In this document: positions 24,801 through 38,300 of the stretch, piece after piece
How positions within the stretch are numbered: the stretch's first letter is position 1
How the letters are laid out: each line of letters starts with the position of its first letter
Assembly (NCBI GenBank): GCA_964035545.1
Contig: OZ037767.1
Coordinates: 26,986,628 to 27,050,627 of the forward strand
DNA: 64,000 bases
Source: Bugula neritina
Taxonomy: Eukaryota; Animalia; Bryozoa
Direction of reading: 5' to 3'
Notes under the pieces: generated by a model
Told to the model about the DNA's origin: nothing
The model's input: only the letters and a program-made list of their open reading frames with translations
Databases searched by the model: none
Program-made: the position numbers and the translations under genes

Positions 24801-27800
24801 AGCATTAGCAGTAGTATTAGCAGTAGTGTTAGCAGTAGTGTTAGTAATAGTAATAGTCACAATACTCACAATGAGGCTGAACTCTCTTCTAACATATTAT
24901 CGTTTTGTTTAGTTGAAACTCTAGTATTAGCAGCTGTTGGAGGACATCCTGAATCTTTCACGTGAGTAAAGGACTCACAACTCCAACTACTATCATCTGA
25001 ATCCTCAAACAAGTCACTTACACTATCATCTATTGATTTGCTTTGGAGTTGATTGCCGACAACTTTTTCTGCTTTGACATCAATGTTCCTACGTGCGCTA
25101 TTTTCGATTTCTCCTTTCACACTAGAATATATGCTTTCACCAACTTTTTCATGTATACCGACTTTGCTATTGTTATGTGTGTTTAAATTGAGATCTCTAC
25201 CCCCTTCAAAATGATCCCCGTGTGTGTTTGTTAGACTGCCTTCAAGTACATAGTCCCGGGGTTCCTTCTTTACTTTAACGTCTGCGCAAGTATTTGAGGA
25301 GTTATCTTCTACAGGACCAACACCACAGTCAAAGCTTCTGTCTTCTTATATATGAAATATTAAATATAAAAAGAGTATTTAGTTACAGTTCAAAATAAGT
25401 CATCAGAATAATTACCAATAGGTCATTGAGAACTTGTGATTGCATTAGGTGTGGGTATATCTAAGAGACACATACATGACGAATTATTGCTGCAAATTTC
25501 CTCATTTTAAAACTTGAACAATCATAAATAACTTAATCCAAACAACATTACAACATATTCTTTTACATTATTGTTTCTAGGTTTGTAAACTGGGCAAACT
25601 TTGGTGAGTGAATCAAACTAGAAGCTTCATTACTCACTGGTATTAGTTGCAACTGTAGCAGTCATAGCTTCCTTGCGCCTGCAAACAGATATTATTAAAT
25701 CTTACATTTATAACTATTGGAATTAAATTATACTGTATAGTTGAAATACATCATTTTATGGTACTAACCTGTTGATTTCCTTTCTAGCTTCTGTTCTAAC
25801 AAATCTTTGATACCCCTCCAGTTTTTCCTGATAGAGGGCGTCTAACGCCACCCGACAAATTCTAGAAACCACCTCTGTCTTCCCACAACCCCCTCGGCCA
25901 CACAACACAACAACCGGCTTCTGACTGATCATTTCAGCAGCCCGTCTCTGCTCCGTGTCCCGAGACAACATGACGAGGTTATCACTGGAGAAGTCAGTTT
26001 GAAAGGTGAAGGGGTCGGATTGGCACATCATCTCATGCAGTGTGTCGGCTATGTTCACCTCACATTCATACAGTCTCTTGAGATATATCCTTCCCTCTTC
26101 TTCCTTCACACTCCAGGTTGATATCAAGTATTCTAAAGCTAACAGCAAACTCAACAACCTCAGAGTAACAAATAAATTCAATGACACAGACTGTCCAACA
26201 ACTTGCCAATGCCATATGCTAGACAACTTAGCACACACTATTAGAGACACAGTATAACAACAATGTGTTCCCACACTCGATGCAAAAGAGAAAAGATGAA
26301 TTAGAATAAAAAATGAACAAAAAATTATGTGACCGAAAGGCTGTTACAGAAAGAATCTGAATATAGACTGAGATGCACTGATATAGACTGAGAATGCTGA
26401 ACATGAACATGTGTGGTAATGAAGTGCTCACCTTCTGAGAAATGTGTGAGAACATAGCCTTTGTACCTTGGAGTTTGCCCATTTAACCTATTTCTAGTCA
26501 TGTACGTGTCGCCAGTATTAAAGCAATGTTCTTTTAGCACATTGTATATCTTTATAGCATCTTTGTAAGGCTGTCTGATCCCCTTCCATAAACCAGCTTT
26601 CTCAAAGTTACAGATCTTTCCTTCAGGAAATGATCGTTTAGTCTTGGATTTTATGGTCTAAATGTACACAGAGAAATAAAAATGAAAAGTAATAATAAAA
26701 ATGAACAAAAATGCATATGATTTGATTGCAATTGTTTTAAATTTTGCATTGCTAAAGATTGTCAATTTTCTTTCCTTGCTTTGCTATACAATCATTTTCC
26801 CAAGCTCTAAAATTTTCTAGTTACTTTGTCTAATATAGCATTAACAAATCACTCCGGCACCTCATGGAGCATGATAAAACTTTAAATAATTACAGTACAC
26901 ACAAAAGCATGATAGAAAATGACAAATACAAGCATTGGTTATAAGTGCTTTCTGTAACACCCAAAACAACATAAAGACACAAACACTAATTATTGAGGTA
27001 ATAACTACCATGTCAAATTTAACTTGTGAGGTTGTCTTTCCTGAACTAAAGTACTGTAGCAACAATGAGTTACTATACATACAAGCATATTAAAACTCAC
27101 AGAAGCAAATGCCAGTTCATAAGGACGTTTTGTAATCATATCCTCAACAGCAACTTGGAATTCTTTAGATTGATACCCGTGTTTTATTATTGCTGGTGCC
27201 AGACGAGGCTGTAACCATGGCAACATTGCCATAGTAACTGGGAAATTGAGTGCGACATTAATTTGTGTTAACTCTTCACCTGATAAAAGTAACATAATCA
27301 TGAGGTGATAGTATGAATATAGAATATATAATGTAGAGGTAAAATAGTAATGGTATAAATATAACAGAATATATATAATATATGATGATAGTATAAATTA
27401 AACGGTGAAAAAATTTGGGCAATTGAAATAATTACAGCTTAACCACACACAACGCTTTTTTATAACGTCAAATATTTATTAATATGAAGAATAAATTAAT
27501 TGGGATTGCCTGACAAAGGTGGAAATACTACTCACTGTTATCTAGATGGTGTGTCAGCACGAGAATAGAGTCTCGGAGTGGCTCTAATGACTGCTCAGCT
27601 GCACACGACTGTATAAGTTGGACTAAATTCTCTTTCCTGTACAGAATACTATAGTCGGTAATTTGCTGCCTGTCAATGAATGAGAACAGCATCTTGCTCT
27701 CCGCTGACTGAGTTAGTGAAGATGTATTCTCTCTTTTCAGTACCATGCTAACAAGTCTTTTGAATATCTGACTACGCTCCCCCAAGTCAGGGCGAAATCT

Positions 27801-28561
27801 GCAACAAAAGATGTCAAAATTGTGTTACATACTTAGCAACATATATGCTACAAAACAGAATGTTGCTACACAGTTATTTGAAGTGTTTTAATAGCATACT
27901 TATAGGAAGGTAGACCTTGGGAGTACATAACTCCATGATAAACCTTGACCTCTACAGTGATGTGCCACCACTGACCAATGTAAGGAAACTTGCCGTGTAT
28001 ATACGCCATTGATGACAGCTGCCCTTTGTCGTCTATCAGCTGAACAAGTACTAAAGGACACAAAATGAGACATTACTTTAAAAAGTTTACGGCAGCAGCA
28101 GCATATGTAATTTTTATGTCTCTGCTATCCGAACAGGACAGAGCGGAGATAGGTAAGGATATATAGTTTTAATGTTGCATTCTTTAAAGCTTGATTGTTT
28201 GGTCTAATAGCTACAGCTACCAGATAGTCATGTATTTGGTCTCGCATTTTAAGCCATCATCACAAAGTATATACCACAAGGTATACCCGAGAAAGAATTT
28301 TTAATTACCATACAATTATTTTTATTATAGATATTTAATACTTCATAAGTATCCCAATATATTATTTTCTTAAAAGCCAATCAAATAACCTTTTTTCTTG
28401 AAAACAGTTAGTTTTTCAACAGAAAATGGGTCAAATGAAAAATCGTCGTCATCACTAAAAACTTCATCGTCTGTTGCTATCAACTGCTCCTCCCGAACAA
28501 TATAACCTTGAACTCTTTTAACAGAGCTCTGTTTAGACTCCGTCTCTTTTCTACGTGACAT
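18885..28561 (-). CDS. HELB: DNA helicase B (SF1B, RecD-like), ~1245 aa
   Basis: 19 phase-consistent exons: 28390-28561, 27900-28050, 27536-27798, 27101-27279, 26432-26657, 25769-26138, 25638-25678, 24870-25344, 23821-23962, 23264-23468, 22710-22904, 22339-22420, 21893-22113, 21535-21654, 21063-21199, 20376-20680, 19836-20001, 19286-19396, 18885-19061. Motifs: Walker A GRGGCGKT, Ia LTAPTGKAA, Walker B VVDECSLV, III GDLQQLPSIEPG, LTTNHRSE, SQFVAFRR, LCNGEIF, RTIHTYQGSE, YTAVTRG. Confidence 0.95.
21391..21520. repeat. Imperfect (CTA/CCA/CTG)n trinucleotide tract
   Basis: Intronic low-complexity run. Confidence 0.85.
23990..24120. repeat. 39-bp tandem repeat (~3.5 copies)
   Basis: GTACTGCAACAATACTAGAGTACAATACTATATTATAAT repeated. 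Confidence 0.85.
24223..24490. repeat. 19-bp minisatellite (CTACAGAGTACATTGTACA)n, ~13 copies
   Basis: Head-to-tail identical units with one interruption, in a HELB intron. Confidence 0.95.
24699..24857. repeat. 12-bp repeat (GTATTAGCAGTA)n
   Basis: Directly visible next to a HELB donor. Confidence 0.9.
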
Positions 28562-29929
28562 GCTGCATCACATATTCTTGACTAAAACCCATAAAAATAA
28601 ATTAATTCTGCAAGTTTAGACTCTAATAAAATATATGGATATGCATGCTATCATATTATACTCTGAATGTGAGTTGGGCACCCAAGTAGACAGATGGTAC
28701 CTCTAAATCGATACATTAGTAAATTAATTGCTATAATTGTTATCATGAGTTTTTAGAAACTAATCAACTTAAAAGGTCCGAATCAAAAAAAATTAAAATA
28801 GAAACATGTCATTCTATTACTTCAACTATAAGCATAAGCAATTAGTAATAACTGATATTGATAGCAAGAATAATAATAGTTTACATAAGTATAACTATTA
28901 GCAATATCTGATAGGAATGCTAACAGCCAATGAGCATAGTAATCAGATTTAGCAAATATAACTTTTAGTTGTTGATATTTAGAGTAAATGTAATATCACT
29001 ATTAGCCATGGACTTGTAATCGTATTGACATTACTACAACTATCACTATGGTATATGAGTAACACTAACTGAGTGAAAATAACAAAATTACTAAAAGTTA
29101 AAGTAAGTTGCTAATTTATACCTGCGTTCATTACACTAGCTGCCACTGAGTCATACTTATACTAACAGTAACACTAACTGTGACAGTGACACTGGGCCTG
29201 GCTGACCTGACTGCCACTGTCGACTGTGACTTGCGAATTGTGCAAGTGCTTCCGCTTTTAGTTTTACTAGTAGTATTAGTAGCTTTACTAGTAACAGTAG
29301 TAGTACTACCAGTACTACTACTACTAGCCACTGCCACTATGACCATAAGTAAGACTAGGTTTAGTACTTCGACTTAAACAGTTGACGTTGGTAATTATAA
29401 TTTTAATAATAATGACTAATTATTATAACTATTAGTATCATCAACTTGAACTCAGAACTATTATGTGAGTATGATATTAATAATCATAATTATTATGAGT
29501 TATTATTAATAAATATTATGATAATATTTATTAATATAAAACTCACAACCATGATCATAATCATTAATCATGATAACGAAATATGATAATCCTAATAAAT
29601 ATGAAAAATTTTGAATATGATAATCACTTATGATAATGTTCGATTTTTGCATTATGATTATCATGATGATGATTCATCATAATGATAATGATGATCACTT
29701 CATTATGATTATGATTATTAATATTATTTATTATTAATATTATCATTTAATGATTTATAATAAATAGCTCAATTATCAATTTTCAAAAACATCACTTAAC
29801 TGTTACATATTGTTCCTTAATTGATTAGCAACATTATTGGTAAAAGGTATTATGAGTGGTCCATGCAAACTCAAATTGTCTTACTAATAGTAATACTAAT
29901 AGTAATGAGTACTAATACACTTTTTGCAT

Positions 29930-30130
29930 GATCAAAAAATGAAGACTGTTAACCTACGTCAACGTCTACGTGAAACTGAAGAAAGACGGTCAAGGCGTAT
30001 GCAACCCGCAATTTAACTTTAGTCATAGTGCGCACTTTAGAAAAAAACTAGCAACTTACACTAAACTTTATTTCACAGTTTTCCTGTTTTATGTTGCAAC
30101 ACACGTTGAATCGGTCATTTTTTATGTCTG
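29930..30130. promoter_or_regulatory. Candidate bidirectional promoter/5' non-coding exon region between HELB and ZNF593
   Basis: Only complex, CpG-containing patch within a low-complexity intergenic tract between divergent genes. Minus-strand donor GTAGGT at ~29952-29957. Confidence 0.35.
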
Positions 30131-32065
30131 AAATATTAATACCTGATCACACATTGACATACTCATACTGATTTAATCATATATATTGTCATATTTATAT
30201 TTTTATTAAATATTGATATTCTTATTTTGTATTTAGTAAGTTTTGCTGGCACAAATTGAAATACAATCACAATGAATATCAATATGAGTGTAATCAGTAA
30301 TGGTGGATGGTTTTAATGACTTAATCAGAATGATTGATTGAATATTAATATTAATAACAATATTAATAATATTATTATTATTTATATTAATTATGATAAA
30401 CTAATGGCGCAATTCTTATAAGTTATAATAATTAAATATAGTAAAGTATAGATCAAAGTGTAGTGATAAAGATTAACTGATTATATTTATGATGATTAAG
30501 TCTTTAACTCATATTGATATTGATATTGACTATTAGTATTACTAATAGTAATACTAATGGTATTAGTATTACTATTAATATTAGTATTGATAGTCATTAT
30601 CATTATGATAAACTTAAAGTGATTATGATTGTCATAATAATGATTATAATAATCTTATATTTCATAGACACAAGGATTAGGAAAATGTTAATGATGATCA
30701 TTACCAAATTCAATATGATTGATAATCAATTTGAATATCAGATTGATACTATAAAGTATAATGATACTGATGGTTATTAATAATAATAATATTATTAATT
30801 ATTTTAAAATCAAATATAATAAATAAGGATTGATGAATAAATACTCGTACTGTCAGTCTGAGTCTGTCACTGAGAGTGAATTAGTAGGACATCATGATCA
30901 TGTTGATACACTCGTATTCAGACTAACACTGATACTCATAGTCATAGTCATACTAATATTCAGTCTGAGTTTCATAAGTTGCTGCTAGTGTTATAGACTA
31001 TAGTTGGCAGTTCTAGTTTCATATTATTAGATTTATAAGTAATAGTACAAATATATAGTTAGTGTAAGTATTAGTATGCAACTGCAAAAAGTTGAATATA
31101 CTGCCAGGTATAAATACTGCAATTTCAACCAATACTATTATCAACTAGTGGTGAACAATTATTAAAAGTTATGTCAATTACATGGTTGTATTTGTAATTT
31201 CCTTTAAATTAGATCTCTGAGATTACAATATTTGTACAACAAACTTTTTCCAGATATCAATTTTAGGCTATGATTACATTAATATTAAAAATCTGTGGTT
31301 ATGTAATCAGGCAATTGGTCAGTATTTATATCTAAATTATCAAAAAAACAAAATCAACTTTTTTAATTGTTATTTTGTTAGATTTTTTGCAGTTTTCATT
31401 TATTTTAATTCGTTTTGACTGAAAAATCAGCAAGCTTGTTTGTTACATAACAACTAAATGCAGCATTTCATTTCTAAACGTCAAAGCAATGCCAGGATCA
31501 ATATAATCAATTTTTAATGTATGAATTTACCGTATTAATTGTTGCAAGTTTTACTCACTTTAAATCTTTAGGCTTTCCTTTAAAGTATTTGCAGTTGACG
31601 TTCACTTTTCACAAGAAAACATGCATAAATACTATTAATGATTATTACTAACCTTCAACAAATCTAAAATGTTTAGTAAATCTATGAAAATATAAAATAT
31701 TTTGTTTTGAAAGGTGTGTTTACATAATGTAACTATAGATGGATGGATGAGGTTAAATAAGAATAAGGTGTACATGTAAAACTGCTCATTTAGATTCTAT
31801 CTGCTAAGAAATTGGGAGGAAATGTGACTTTGCTTGTAATCTAAGTTATAAATTACACATCCTATTTAATTACTTTCATCTGTTTGGACCAAATTAAATT
31901 CTTAATCTTTACATTGATTTTCGTAGGTCATTGCTGCTATTGTAAGAGGTTAGGTTTACTTGTAGGTTTTAATAGTGTTTGGTTTTTTTTTTCCTGTAAA
32001 TTTTTGGGTACATCCATTTAATCATATTGATATTAATATTTTATTACAGTTTATATTTCACAAAC

Positions 32066-33160
32066 ATGGGAACTGGAAAATACCGCCGGAAGAAAATGAA
32101 TAAAGGAGATCATCCAATCAAAGAGAAATATAGAACTAAAAGAAAGACAAAAGATCTGGATGAGATTCAAGATGACATGAAGCCTGGGAAGGTAATAGTT
32201 AACTACTAGCAGTTAATATAACTAGTTTCGTGTGTCTAGTAAGTAAGGTAATAGTTAACTACTAGTATTTAATACACCTAGGTTATTGTCTCTACTAAGT
32301 TAACTAATAGTTAGTATATTTGTTTTAGTTTTTCTTGGCAAGTAGTGTAGTAGTTTACCATGAGTTTTATATTTTCAAATAACCTTCCTACCAGCAAACT
32401 GTAGGTAGCATTTGCCTGTGTATTCAAAATAGCTTTTATTTTCTATTGTATTGTGGGTTTGCAGGTTCAAAAATTGATGTCCCAGGAAGTAGATGAAGAT
32501 AAACCTGGTGCAGCCCAACATTATTGTGTTCACTGCGCGTATGTATTCTTAACTAGCACACCTTGATTAAATGATGTATCTTGTAGTAGCCTGCAAATTG
32601 ATGGAAAACCTTTTATATTTCACATAATAATGTAATAAAGAGATCTAGTATTGTACTGCTTTGTATATGGTGATGGTGTGTGGGAGCGTTCTTAATGTAT
32701 GCTTATACCAGTACTGTAAATCATTTTAACTTTTTTCAGAAAATACTGTGTTAATGAGAAGGCATTAAAGGATCATTTACGTGGAAAACCCCACAAAAAG
32801 AGGTAAATCATGCATATTGGTGTAGTTTTGCTAGTTGTTGCCTAGTATTATAGTTATAAGTTGTGTTGGTGTATAATGTGCTATTTCTCACCTTTCTCCG
32901 CCACGGCCTGATCGGGTGGCAAGGTGTATAATGTGCTATTCCTGAGTATTATCCATGTATAAGGTGCATAGGTATTCATAAATACTTTTTTTTTATTTCA
33001 CAGGATTAAAGCCCTTCAAACTGAGGCCTTCACTCAAAAAGATGCAGAGATGTGTGCCGGTATGGGTTCATTTACAGCACCCAAATCTTTCAACACTGAT
33101 TTACCGACAATGGATGTTGAAGAAACAAGTTCAACAGCTGAAACTGCTGCCCAAGATTAA
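32066..33160 (+). CDS. ZNF593: Zinc finger protein 593 (BUD20 homolog, 60S biogenesis), 139 aa
   Basis: Exons 32066-32191, 32465-32538, 32740-32802, 33004-33160. RTKRKTKDLDEIQDDM, DEDKPGAAQHYCVHCAKY...LKDHLRGKPHKKRIKAL-TEAFTQKDAEMCAGMG. Confidence 0.96.
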
Positions 33161-34392
33161 ATGAGCCACATATATTACGCAGGATTTTTGCAATAATACT
33201 GAGTTTCAGGACAATTCGTTTTTTGCTGCAAAAACTTGAAACTTTTGAAAATATTTGCTTCTGAAGCATTGCAAAATGAAACATTCAGGCAGCTTTAAGT
33301 AGACTGGACTTTAAACATTGTTCAGCTGTTTGCTGATTTTAACTCCTGCTAGACTGTTTTGAGCAATTAGGTTCAATCAGTTATATTTTTAACTCTGATT
33401 TTTTATAGCAAAATCGATAGACTTGATGAAAACTTTTATTTAAACTGTAAATAAATGTTATATTTTAGATAAAGCTATCTTTGTTTTATTCCCAACTATA
33501 TAATATTTACATCAAGTGCAATTCCACTGATTTAATAATCAAAACATTATAATGATTCACGGGTTGTCATCACCCCCACCCCTAACGTTGCACTTGGATC
33601 ATACAGATATTGAAATAGATTCGGAGTTGTTCTTGCTGAAGATAAACTCTTTGGAAACTGATTATGTTTTTCCGCAGCTTTGAAAGCACTTGAAAAGATG
33701 TTTTGCTATTGCAGAACTTTTGAATTTTGTATTGCAGTATTCAGTGTCAGTACATATAAGTAATTACATTGCTTTCTTTTGAATATAACTGGGAAACCAT
33801 TAGTTAAATTATAAAATTTAATCTCAAATATCCTACATTATTGATTCTTTTCTATTTTCTTTCAAGCTTTTGCGGTCATTTTGAACTCTTATCAAAGTAA
33901 CATTGAGTGCTTTGATCCATTTTTGTGTAAGTCATGGTTACATGAAACTAATTATTTTATTCCTAATAGTTTTGAGTAGAACTCGAGCCGTTTGATTTTA
34001 ACAACAAAGTTCTGTTTAAGGGTATACTTACTTTAATCAACAAACTGTATTGGGAAAAACTTTCAACATAAAAATATAATTTATTGAAGTTAAATATTCT
34101 TGTGTTGGCTGGCAGACTATATAGTTGTGCCAAAAACCTGCCATTCCAACTGATTTACTTTGCTTTGAAAAGTTGGACTGAAGGAAAAATGAGAATGCTG
34201 AGGTGCATCATCCTAATGCTTGGTATACATAGCATTGGTGAGTAAATTATTATAGTTATTTACTCTCCCAATTATTCAGCTACTCACTTACTTTCGTACT
34301 TGTAATGCAAGTTGAATGAAGGTTATAGGTGTAGTAATGGAGAAATTGAGAAAATTCTGTGTTCTAGATTAAAAATGCAGCAAAAGAAATTA

Positions 34393-34463
34393 CGTGTTCT
34401 AAACCAGAATTTAATAATAAAATTAAAAAACTTAGGCTATCTCAATTTCTCCGCTACTGCTCC
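34393..34463. repeat. Dispersed ~70-bp element, copy 2
   Basis: Near-identical 3' half to 11385-11456. Confidence 0.75.
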
Positions 34464-35267
34464 TAAATAGTTGAATGGCTATTTTGAAAATATTATATAT
34501 AAGCATAAAACTGATATTTGGTTTACTTTGAAGAACTGACTTTTGGATGATTTTAAACACTTGTCTTCTGTGTTGTAATAAGGGTTTTTGTTAACTTTAG
34601 ACTCTTATATGTTTACTGTGTCTAATGAGGTAGCATCACTATCCAACTGGGCAACATTCAATGTAACTTTGACTCCTAATCATTTATCCATTTGCTTTTG
34701 GTGGAAAACATTTTCTGAAGGTGTAAACTCAGATGCACCAGCTATTATCAGCATTGCAAATGAAGGTAAGATGTTTCTATACATAGGCTAAATTAACATG
34801 TATGGCATTTTTGACAGCTAGCTTATATATAAGTGTTTTACATACATTCGTATTATATTAGTGCTTATTGGTGATGATTTAAAAGTCTAAAAACATTTTT
34901 ATAATGCTGTAAAGTAATTACCAACGATGTATTTCTAGGATGTAAAATCTATGTGAAGTAAAATTAGAAAGACTGTTGACTATGTTTGCGGTGAAAGATA
35001 AATAATGTTAATTAGCACTTATAAAATATGAATAGAACAAAATAATAAAAGTTGTTCAATATGACAGGAAGAAAGTATACAAAATTAACTTGTTTAGTAA
35101 AGCTGTTCTACTATGAACACTGGAAGATTTATCAGCTAATAAATTAAACTAAACAATCACGTAAATGTGCCAAATTCAATTAAACAAACAAACAAACGCC
35201 CAGTATGAGTAAATTGCAATTAAATTGTTTTATGTTTATATGTTGTGTAAATTAATTGCTCCCACTA

Positions 35268-35318
35268 AAACTCGAACCCACCACCAGCTTGTAAGCTAGC
35301 CGTGCTAACCATTGCAGT
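35268..35318 (-). mobile_element. tRNA-like SINE head remnant
   Basis: Minus strand TGCAATGGTTAGCACG (A box) ... GGGTTCGAGT (B box); no cloverleaf. Confidence 0.4.
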
Positions 35319-38300
35319 TTACACTGTGGGAGCCTCTGGGAAATCGTAACAGCTATAGCCAACTTTTACTCCCGTTTCAGATTGTGATAACATTTTTCTT
35401 ATGATGCTGAAGAAGGCACAAGGCCTTCTCACGATGTGGCTGGGGAAAAAGGCTAGATATTTCAGTTTCTTTCCTAAGGACCATGAATGGGTGTATTACT
35501 GCGCAGTTTTCAATGCTACTGGCTCAGGAGCTTTCATCAACCAGGTCTTGTTGCATTACTCTTTGATCATTACATAACATATAATATGTTTATACTGATA
35601 GCTGGTATAAAATGTGTTATTTATTACTTGCTGTGTAAACTCTATTGGTAAATACACTTCTCAAGCTGCTTGCAATGAATGATTGCCAATAAAAACCATA
35701 CTGAAAGTGAAGGTAAGAAAACTGAGCAACGTTATATGTAGAAGTATAAATTGTAAACTATAGTAAAATTTTGAGCAAAGTTCTTCAAATAGCATTTCCA
35801 ATATGTTCATATCTAATAATTACTTGAATTCTGTGGCTGAGAAAGATGTTCTTTGTTTTCCAGGCTACCATTTTTCCATAACCATAACTTGAGTAATTTA
35901 TTTTGTTGAAAGGATGTTTTTTTATTATTTTTTTTGCATTTGATATGTATTTTAATGGTCAGAAGAATTTTTTCTGATGCATGATTAGATGGAACTTGTA
36001 AGAGATTATTTTTACATAGCCTGATTACGAGCTCAAAGCATAGAACAGCGAGTAAATTTAATTAGAGTTTAGAAATGCACAGGCTTTATTATTTTCTTGC
36101 ATTCAAGTCTAGTTTCATGCACAAGTTTGCAATGCAATCTATAGATTGAATTTTGAAAGCACTTAGAAAGAAATTGTTAAGAACATAAAGTAAATAGTTT
36201 TCAGTAAATAATTTTGTCACATTGCATTCTTACAGATTTATGCCACCACCATTATGAATAGTTCCAGGTCAACAACTTCGAAGTTATTTCACTTGGATGC
36301 ACCTCAATTTTGTTCACCAGCAAAAACAAACGCTTCAGTTGTACTATACAATGATCAAGATATGTTGCTTGGTAATGTATATAATAGACAAATGTTGGGT
36401 TTGTATAAGTATTATTGTTCTTGTATAAACTTTTATAGATGATTCTTGTTAAAAGAAGATATTATAGTATCATTTAAGATATACAAGTATGAATAGTTTA
36501 AAAAGTGTTGAAAACTTATGCAAACATTTAACCATAAATGAGAGTTTAAGAGAGTGACATCTACATGTTTACTCTTTCTGCCAACTTTAAGTTCCCACAG
36601 GCCACAGGTAGTTCCATTGTAATGAGATCAAACTTGGATCATATATTGCAGTCTCAAATGTGGTTAACGAACATAATATGTGATTTATATGCATGCAATA
36701 TTGTCAAAACCAACAGAAACACAACATACCAGTCATCAAGTAATTTTCAAATTTAAATGTTAGATAAAGTATACAACTACTCAATACTTTTGACACCACC
36801 ACTAAATATAATATAATATAAGCTGTTGATTTGATAATACGTGCTAATTTAATGAGAAAATAGAAATATATGGAAAAGAGCCGTAGCATATGTTGAAACA
36901 ATTTGGGTCTTCAGATTTTTTAACTTCAAGATGCCGGAGGTTTGTTTGTATCTTTTCCATGTACCTAGTCAAAAACTTTGAAAGAGAAAAATATACTTAC
37001 CCCCTGCATAGTTCTGTCTTACAGACATTAGATTTAAGGTCAAAAATTTAAAAAATGATGCAATTAGTTGACATTTTTAACCTCCTGAAAGGATAGGAAA
37101 CAAGTTGGGTTCAGGTACAAATTTTTTCAATTTGAATGCAAATGCATTTCAATTTCCTAGCCATTCTGTATTTTATTTTCGAAGCAATAATAACTAAATT
37201 TTTGCTTCTAAAATCTTATAGTCTGCTTTTAAAAGTGTGCAACATGTTCCATGGATAAGATTTACAAGGAAGAATATTTTCTATATGAATGAATAATTTT
37301 TTCAGGCGGCTTCTAAAGAGACCAAGCTGCTGTCGGCGAAGTACAATGTCTGAACATCTGGAGCACCTCTCTTTCAGTTAACCAACTACAAGCATATGCT
37401 GACTGCCAAACTAAGGGTGATGTTTATCACATGACAGCTCATACACTGAGTGTGTGGGGTGATGTACAGAAGATTTGGCAGGATACCCCAATGGCACCTA
37501 CAGTTTCTCTTAGTGCTGACGCAAGTAAAAATGTTACTCACTACTAAATTTCACATTATTAAATGTAATTGTACTGCTTTAGAAGAGTATAATATATTGG
37601 CATTGATGGATGCTTTATTTCTTGTTGGAGAAGCATTATTTTAGATCTATTTATAGGTTGCTTTTTGTTAATAATGTCAATTATTTCTTTTAATCATATA
37701 TCTGGCTTGTAAAACATTTGCCCTCTCCCCCTCCTAGCTATAAGAATAGCTAATTGGGTACTGAGGCTACTGGATAATTTCAAAATTACACAGCTAGCTG
37801 ATGTTGAGACCACAATACATTTGATTAAAGCTACAATTGCTGTTCATGTAAGCTTGAGTGTTTGTGCATTGCCTCAAGTTGATATATGAGTCATTATAAT
37901 ACGCAGTAGAGAGTGAAGAATGGAATGGGTTCATGAAACTTGAAAACTTGAGAATGGTTGGTTTAGCTGAAAGCTCATCAAGCTACTCTACTCCTCTAAG
38001 TTGCCTGGGTTTCTGCATTCTTAAGCAGTGTGTCTACGTCAACTTTGATAAAGAAAGAAAGATCTGTGAGATTGGAAGAACCAAGGCTTATTATATATAT
38101 AATGAAAATAGTATGCACTATTATATTCATTAGACAGCCGGCTTGAATTGAATATACTAAATAAATAGTAAAGATAATGATTTAGGCTGATGAAAATAAC
38201 TTTCAATTATTTGTTCTTTATATATACCTAACATATAGATTTGTTGTTGCTTTTTCTTTTAAAAAGTGGCGTGTTTTGATACAAACTTTAAGGAAGTTGT

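Larger units (their letters stand above)
34189..38133 (+). pseudogene. Secreted pentraxin/LamG-like + C-terminal PAN/apple domain gene with an in-frame TAA (possible null allele or pseudogene)
   Basis: Exons 34189-34237 (signal peptide MRMLRCIILMLGIHSI), 34601-34765 (LSICFWWK), 35381-35544 (DHEWVYYCAVFN), 36236-36371 (VVLYNDQDMLLG), 37306-37524 (GF*RDQAAVGEVQCLNIWSTSLS...C..KGDV), 37907-38133 (SCLGFCILKQCVYVNFDKERKICEI). TAA at 37314-37316. Confidence 0.75.

Noticed and set aside
29131-30780. Hydrophobic/Thr-rich ORFs at 29131-29377 and 30514-30780
   Set aside because: Products of periodic low-complexity DNA with no recognisable motifs or splice-consistent partners.
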